This document shows, piece by piece, positions 9,840-17,400 of a stretch of 32,000 nt of DNA. Under the pieces are notes generated by a model. That model did not search any database. It saw only the letters and a list, made by a program, of their open reading frames with translations, and was not told the DNA's origin. The translations under genes and the position numbers were made by a program. How positions within the stretch are numbered: position 1 is the first letter of the stretch; the number at the start of each line of letters is the position of its first letter. Location of the stretch: the NCBI RefSeq assembly GCF_000039765.1, contig NC_004459.3, positions 2,751,127 through 2,783,126 on the forward strand, read 5' to 3'. The stretch is from Vibrio vulnificus CMCP6. GTDB lineage: Bacteria > Pseudomonadota > Gammaproteobacteria > Enterobacterales > Vibrionaceae.

Positions 9840-9904
9840 TATTTGCTTTTCTACTCTGATTCCTTGAAAATACCCCACTTTCATTTTTGCTTAAGAGAAT
9901 TTCA

Positions 9905-11098
9905 ATGTCTGCTGCCATCTATTTAGTCAAAGGTCGTGAGAAGTCTGTTGTTAGACGCCACCCTTGGATCTTTTCTCGTGGGATCGATAGGGTCGAAGGT
10001 AATCCACAATTAGGAGAAACCGTTGATGTTTATGGTCACGATGGCAAATGGTTAGCCAAAGCAGCCTATTCTCCTGAATCTCAAATTCGAGCTCGCGTAT
10101 GGAGCTTTGAAAAGCAAGATATTAACAGAGCGTTTTTTGTAAAACGCATCCAAGACGCTCAACTTCTTCGCGAAGATGTGATTGAGCGAGATGGCTTAAC
10201 TGGCTACCGCCTTATTGCAGCAGAATCTGATGGCATGCCTGGTGTGACCATCGACCGTTACCAAAATTTCTTCGTCTGCCAACTTCTCAGTGCTGGCGCC
10301 GAACATCAAAAGCAAAATATTGTTGACGCATTAATTGAAGTTTTCCCTGACTGCAATGTGTACGAGCGCTCAGATGTTTCCGTACGTAAGAAAGAAGGTC
10401 TCCAAGAAACAACCGGCGTTTTACATGGTGAAATGCCACCAAAATCTGTTGTTATCGAAGAAAATGGCGTCAAAATTAGCGTTGATATTGTCGGTGGACA
10501 CAAAACCGGTTTCTACTTAGATCAGCGTGACAGTCGCCAACAAGCGATGAAATACGTCAAAGACAAAGAGGTTCTCAACTGCTTCTCATACACTGGTGGT
10601 TTTGGCCTCTATGCCCTAAAAGGTGGCGCAAAGCGCGTGATTAACGCTGATGTCTCTCAACCAGCACTCGATACGGCAAAGTTTAATGCTGAGCTCAATG
10701 AATTCGATATTTCTAAGAAACGCGCTGTTTTCCTAAACGCAGATGTCTTTAAACTTTTGCGTGAATATCGAGATCAAGGCACCAAATTTGACGTGGTGAT
10801 CATGGATCCACCAAAGTTTGCTGAAAGCAAAGCGCAGCTCAATGGCGCATGTCGTGGCTATAAAGACATCAACATGCTAGCCTTTGAGATACTCAAATCC
10901 GGTGGTACATTGCTGACTTATTCATGCTCTGGTTTGATGGATTTAGCTCTTTTTCAAAAAATCATTGCTGATGCCGCAGTTGACGCGGGTCGTACTGTAA
11001 AATTTGTGGAACGTTTCGAGCAAGCTGCGGATCACCCAGTTGATACGGCTTATCCAGAAGGTTTTTACTTGAAAGGCTTTGCATGTAAAGTTATTTGA
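9905..11098 (+). CDS. rlmI: 23S rRNA m5C1962 methyltransferase RlmI
   Basis: Track ORF starts at TTG 9887. ATG 9905 gives [27 protein letters not shown], colinear with E. coli RlmI [27 protein letters not shown]. 397 aa versus 396 in E. coli. SAM-MTase motif [17 protein letters not shown]. Confidence 0.92.
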   Translation: MSAAIYLVKGREKSVVRRHPWIFSRGIDRVEGNPQLGETVDVYGHDGKWLAKAAYSPESQIRARVWSFEKQDINRAFFVKRIQDAQLLREDVIERDGLTGYRLIAAESDGMPGVTIDRYQNFFVCQLLSAGAEHQKQNIVDALIEVFPDCNVYERSDVSVRKKEGLQETTGVLHGEMPPKSVVIEENGVKISVDIVGGHKTGFYLDQRDSRQQAMKYVKDKEVLNCFSYTGGFGLYALKGGAKRVINADVSQPALDTAKFNAELNEFDISKKRAVFLNADVFKLLREYRDQGTKFDVVIMDPPKFAESKAQLNGACRGYKDINMLAFEILKSGGTLLTYSCSGLMDLALFQKIIADAAVDAGRTVKFVERFEQAADHPVDTAYPEGFYLKGFACKVI

Positions 11099-11116
11099 TG
11101 TAGGCATACCATTGTA

Positions 11117-11350
11117 AACATCAACATGTTGGCCATGCAAATACTGAATCCAGGCGGTACTCTACTAACCTACTCATGCTCAGGCTTGATGGACCAAGTG
11201 CTATTCCAAAAAATCATCGCCGATGCGGCGGTAGATGCAGGCCGCAGTGTTAAATTTGTCGAGCGTTTTGAGCAAGCTGCCGATCACCCAACCGACACCG
11301 CTTACCCAGAAGGTTTCTACCTCAAAGGCTTTGCGTGTAAGGTGTTGTAA
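11117..11350 (+). pseudogene. Detached, diverged duplicate of the last ~77 codons of rlmI (gene fragment, no 5' part)
   Basis: In frame and offset exactly 252 nt from 10865-11098. Track ORF 11126..11350 is 65/74 aa identical to the RlmI C-terminus. Hand alignment gives ~56 mismatches in 225 nt. There is no SD before ATG 11126. Confidence 0.85.
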
Positions 11351-11373
11351 ATTCTGAATCGCACTTTAAGCAA

Positions 11374-11406
11374 AAAGAGCCTCGACAAAAATCGAGGCTC
11401 TTTTTT
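11374..11406 (+). terminator. Rho-independent terminator following the rlmI fragment
   Basis: AGAGCCTCGA (11376-11385) / TCGAGGCTCT (11392-11401), 6-nt loop, T-run to 11406. Confidence 0.85.
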
Positions 11407-11454
11407 ATTGCTTGCTTATATTACCAGTTGCTTAGACCAAATTGCAGACAGCAC

Positions 11455-11488
11455 AAAAAACCGGAGCTCTTACAAGCTCCGGTTTTCG
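11455..11488 (-). terminator. Rho-independent terminator of the adhesin gene (hairpin also has a T-run on the + strand)
   Basis: CCGGAGCT (11461-11468) / AGCTCCGG (11475-11482). A6 at 11455-11460 gives U6 on the minus-strand transcript, 5 nt past the TAA at 11494-11496. Confidence 0.85.
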
Positions 11489-11493
11489 TTATT

Positions 11494-14400
11494 TTAGTCC
11501 TTTAAATGGTTTAGGTTATCCATCAAGCTGCTGGTGATATCCGCTGCCGACGCACCATCAAAGTCAATCGTTAAGGTTTGCCCTCCTTTGACGATAGTGA
11601 GGTGTGATGCACTCGCATCATCGGAAACGCGAATAGACACGTCTCCTACCGCCCCTTGATTGTCACCACTACCGAGATCGGCCAGCAAGGTATCGATATC
11701 CGCTTTAGACATATCGTCAAAGAGATCCGCTAGGTCCAGCTTGTCGCCTTGCGACGCGTTGAAGTCCGTAACACGATCTCTCGCCGTTTCCATATCAACC
11801 CACTTAAAGATATCCGCACCATCGCCACCGGTTAGGATGTCATTACCAAGACCGCCGATAAGAAGGTCACTTCCTGCACCGCCAAACAAGAGGTCATCAC
11901 CAAGGCCACCATCAAGGACATCGTTTCCAGCATGTCCTAGGATAATGTCGTTGTTGTCTGTACCTCGGATTTGGTCATCTCCAGTAGAAGCGTTGAACGA
12001 TGAGGTTGCTGCAGCATTAGACTCGCCATTTGGACTCACATTGAGTGTTACTAGCTGTTCTGATTCAACACCACTCACATCCTTGACTGTCATTAGCACT
12101 TCAAAGGCCACTGATTGACCAGTGTTAATCTTCGGAGCACTTGAATCAGGCTGGAAGTAGTAAGAACCATCTTGTCCAATACGGAAGTCACCATACAGAG
12201 TGGAAACAAGTAACTCATTGCTAACGCTATCCACACTGAATGACAAGCTATCAGGCATATTGATTACAGAAGAGTCAGTGTCAATCATCTGAATGACTTG
12301 CGCTTTCGTCGCATCAATAACCACTTCTGTTGCATCATCACCCGAAACCGACATCAACAATGAACCAGCGGTACCAATAGTAGGACGAAGTTTCGGCAAA
12401 TCGGTAACTAACTTCTCGTCTGGTATGTAAACTATATTATCTGCACTTCCAGATACTTGAATCAAACCAGATGATGGAACATTGGCTTCACTACCCACGC
12501 CAACAGCTGTTACATCTTTCCCTTTGATGAACGCAGCCCAATCACTTCCTATTGTTCCTTGGTTTTGAGCCCCGTCACTCAAGAAATAGATCACATCGTT
12601 TGTATCACCAGTAATACCTTTAACTGTAGCATCTTGATAGCCCGCCATAACGGCGTCAACGCCTTGGTCGTAATTTGTCCAACCTTCCGCATCGAAAATA
12701 CCGTTGTAGTTATCATTGTCAACATTAGCCAAAGCACTATTCAACACAGAAATAGCTTGAGTGACCGTCATCCATACACTTGATGAGCCATTCGTTGCAT
12801 GAGTCGCATCAGTATCAAAGTCAATCATTTGTACTAATACGCTTTCGCTACCCTGTTGAGACTTAACGTTTTTAAGCAGCTCAATAGACGCTTCCAATAC
12901 ATACTCAATCCTTGATTCTGTTAGACCAGTCGGCTTAGAAGCCATTGAGCCCGACGAATCAATCACAAGCGAAATAAGCGTCGTTGGAACCTCACCACCT
13001 TGATCAGCAAGCACATCATTGCTTGCAGCCGCATTGACTTCCGTACTTGCACCCACATCTGATTGCGGTAGCGAATTCTCTTTAGCCACAACATGAACAT
13101 CGACGTCTAGCGCTTCTGATGAAGGAGTACGAACCACCAAATTATCGTAGTTGATGCTTTGCGTAGAATTACCTTCTATATCGATGACCCAAACTTGCTC
13201 ACCATTTATATTTTGGAAGCCACCTAAAGTTTCGCCTGTGTCTTTATCGATAATCATCGTTCCATCAGGAAGTCCTTTAATTTGGACTTCATCAAGATAC
13301 TCACTGCCGTCACGATCGGCGACTGATGCAGATAGGTTCAGCACTGTCTCTGTGATCTGTTCTACGTGATAGGTACCATCTGGATTTAAAGTCACTATCG
13401 CATCCGAGAACACTAGTCGTTCGATTTCATAAAGATGATCACCCGTAAGCTCCCAAGACGTTCCTGTTCGAGCAGACGCGTCTTTACCTGTTGAGTCAAA
13501 TACAGCCCATTGATCAACTTTCCCACCAAAATCACCATTGTTAACCAAGGTATAGTTAGATAACGGACCTGAGTAGATAACGGTGTCAACGCCATCATGA
13601 TCAGTTGTGGACAAAGAGTCGTCACCGTCAATCTTGTCATCACCGGCCCCGCCAACAAAGACATCATTACCATACTTTCCGTACATAGTGTCAGCTTGAG
13701 CACTACCGAATAGAACTTCTGAGCCATTCGTTCCGGTAGCATTTCGGTTTACTTCAACAACTACCCCTGTAACACCCAATGCAGCTTTATCAGCTTCAGA
13801 CAATACTTGACCATTAACCAGTTTAGTATGAAGGGTAGAGTCCATCGTTACGTTAGTTGTAACGCTATCACCGAACACTACCGTTACATTAGGCGCATCA
13901 GCCACCGCTTTTACTTCCAACATCACTGTTGCAGTATCCGTTTTATGACCATCAGAAACCGTCACTGTAAATGGCACATCATCAAAGTGTTTGTTTTCAG
14001 CTGGTTTAAACACTGCACTTGTCACTACACCATTTGCATCATGTGTTAGCACTAAGCTTCCGTAGCTTGGGTCGACACTGACATTACTAATATAAACTGC
14101 GTCACCATCAGGGTCGGTCGGATTCAATGCACCCAAATTGAGCGAAATCTCAGTATCTTCCGTGCCTACCTCACTAAATCGAGTGTCTGCAAGATGTGGT
14201 GCATTGTTGGTCGATGTTTCTGTAGAGTCAGTAACGAAATCAATCGTTCCTTTATCGGTACCCTTATCGCTATCAGTCGCTTCATAAACAACCTCTTCAG
14301 ACACAGCAGCATCAACAACTTCAACTGACTGCAATGTGACATTGGAGTTGCCGTTGTCGTTTGGATTATCTGTGCCATGAGTGGTGTAGACTCGAATTTC

Positions 14401-17400
14401 ATCAAATCCACCATCGACTTTGATGTTGGCTGTAAAGACACCCGAACCGTCATAAATAGGCTGTTGATCATCATCGTAGATAAACTCTTGAACCACTTGC
14501 CCATCTTTAAAGACAAGCACATGGATTTGAGCATCCGCCGAACTTGTGTCGTTGTAATTCCCCCAAACGCTACCAAAAGTAACATTGGCTTCTTTTACCA
14601 AGACATCCGTCTTTCCTTGTGAAATTTGAGAGAAATCTACACTGATGTAATCTTTCGTGCTGACATCAAGTTCAGAGCTACCAACACCAAGGCCTTTTTC
14701 ATTATCCGCATTATCGAAAAATAGTTCATCCGGGGTTAATGAACTGTCTGTATCTGGTCTTGAACCCGTATAGTGTCCGCCAGAGATAATGACGCCGCTA
14801 TCAAGAACAAAGCTCGTTACGGTATCGTCTGCATATACCCCTTTGAAATCAGTTTGAGCATCAAAGCTCAGCTTGTCATTGACATCATCATGTAAATCGT
14901 ACTCAAGCTTATCCGTCACTTTTACAACTGTGTCTTTCGTGACTTCTGTACGGCTGCCATCGCTGTTGACAACGTAAACGGTTCCCAAAACAGGAAGAGA
15001 ATCGAAACTGATCGTTGTTTCTTTTGCGTCCGTTGAGTTGGCATCATCTTCACGATCCGTAACAACATCAATTTGCTGGCCATCTGCTGTGCTTTCAGTT
15101 TCAAAGTCAAAACCGATAACAGAAGAATCAGGAGATAATGTAACAACGAAGTCATTACCCTGAGGCCCCTCATTGACGGCTAGCTGGTCACTATCTTTAA
15201 ACTCCAAATGACTTGGCTGATTGCCATAGGTAATTTCAGCTGAGATTGATAGCTCGTCACCTACGACTGAACCAGAGTCAATAGAACCAGAGATCGTCCC
15301 TGCTGCAATATGTTCAGGTTCTAGCGCAAAGCTTTGTGTTACACCCTCAATAACTATCGTGAGCATCGCACCAACAACAGCGCCAACAGGCAACGTTATC
15401 GTATAGCCCACCGTAGAGCGATCACTGTTGATCACGTCATCCTGATCTCTTTCCAAACTCACTTTAGGCGCAAACAACTCTGAAGTCGTTTTCGTACCAT
15501 CGGTAAACTTAAAGTTTTCAAACTCAATGAAAGTGTTCACATCACCATTGGCTTCAGTGATTGTGACAGAGCCATCGGTATTAAGTGCAACCGAAGCGTT
15601 TGTAGATGCGAAATTCAACTCAGCTGTATCATTACCAGCACCACCATCAACCACTAACTTGTTGTTGGCATCATCTTGGTTTGATTTGAATAGATCATCA
15701 CCGCTACCAAGTAATACAAAGTCATCCGTTGATTCTGCAAGCGCTGGATCATAAGTACCATGGTAGTAATGAACCGTATTAGACGCTTCGCTGACATTGC
15801 CAAAAGAGTCTTTCTCTTTTGCATACAAGAACTCGTTATCATTCAGTGGAATGGCTGATTCGTTCGAAATATCCAGTGTCCATGACAAGTCTTGTTGAAC
15901 AGTTGCTGTTCCAATAGTGACATATACACCGTTAGCATCTTTAGCAAATACTTCAACCTCATTACCAGGTTCACTACCGGTGCCATGAAGAGTAACGACA
16001 GAATAGTCAGACCCAGATGAATCATCAGTGACTTTTGTGATAGTTGGCGCGTCTGGTGCATCTATATCAAAGAAATACGGTTCAGTTGTAGTCGCGACAA
16101 ACGTGTTTCCTGCAACATCAGATACAGTCACCTTAGCTGTAAGAATTGCTCCACCATCTACTTCTCCATCCGGGATCAAGTTAGAGCCTTTGGTTACAAA
16201 CTCAAATTTATACCCAATCTGGTTACCATGAGCATCCAAATGAGGCTCGTTAGATACGAAACCTGAACCAATAAGCTCTCCATTTACGTAAAAGTCGATT
16301 TTATCATTAGGCTGAGCATCCTTATTAACATAACCAACAACGGTCACATCGGCATTAGACTCATCAGCACTTATCTTGTGGTCACCGGCTATGTTTAGGA
16401 TGTCGATTTCGGCGAGGACGATAGTATCTAGGATCGCACTGTCAGTGCCTTTCTCTGACACGTTGCCCGCTTTGTCGGTGATGGTCGCTTCAACGGTCAA
16501 CGTCGCGCCTTCTGCTGGCGCCGCTACCGTGGTCAACACTTCGCCCGCGTCGATTTGCGCTTGAGTCAGTTCGATGTCCGTGCCGTTCACCGTCAGGGTA
16601 TCGCCTGCTACCGCATTGGTGCCCGTTAGGGAGATGGTCACATTCACGTCACCAGATAGCTCTGCCGCGCTGATGTAGCCGTCGTTGTCCCCATCTTCTG
16701 TGATGGTCACGCCTGGCGCTCCCGCCGCGGTCGTATCTAGGATCGCACTGTCAGTGCCTTTCTCTGACACGTTGCCCGCTTTGTCGGTGATGGTCGCTTC
16801 AACGGTCAACGTCGCGCCTTCTGCTGGCGCCGCTACCGTGGTCAACACTTCGCCCGCGTCGATTTGCGCTTGAGTCAGTTCGATGTCCGTGCCGTTCACC
16901 GTCAGGGTATCGCCTGCTACCGCATTGGTGCCCGTTAGGGAGATGGTCACATTCACGTCACCAGATAGCTCTGCCGCGCTGATGTAGCCGTCGTTGTCCC
17001 CATCTTCTGTGATGGTCACGCCTGGCGCTCCCGCCGCGGTCGTATCTAGGATCGCACTGTCAGTGCCTTTCTCTGACACGTTGCCCGCTTTGTCGGTGAT
17101 GGTCGCTTCAACGGTCAACGTCGCGCCTTCTGCTGGCGCCGCTACCGTGGTCAACACTTCGCCCGCGTCGATTTGCGCTTGAGTCAGTTCGATGTCCGTG
17201 CCGTTCACCGTCAGGGTATCGCCTGCTACCGCATTGGTGCCCGTTAGGGAGATGGTCACATTCACGTCACCAGATAGCTCTGCCGCGCTGATGTAGCCGT
17301 CGTTGTCCCCATCTTCTGTGATGGTCACGCCTGGCGCTCCCGCCGCGGTCGTATCTAGGATCGCACTGTCAGTGCCTTTCTCTGACACGTTGCCCGCTTT

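Noticed and set aside
11126-11350. 74-aa ORF as a genuine small gene.
   Set aside because: It is the C-terminal quarter of an RlmI methyltransferase lacking the SAM-binding and PUA/N-terminal parts. It has no ribosome-binding site and was called a gene fragment instead.
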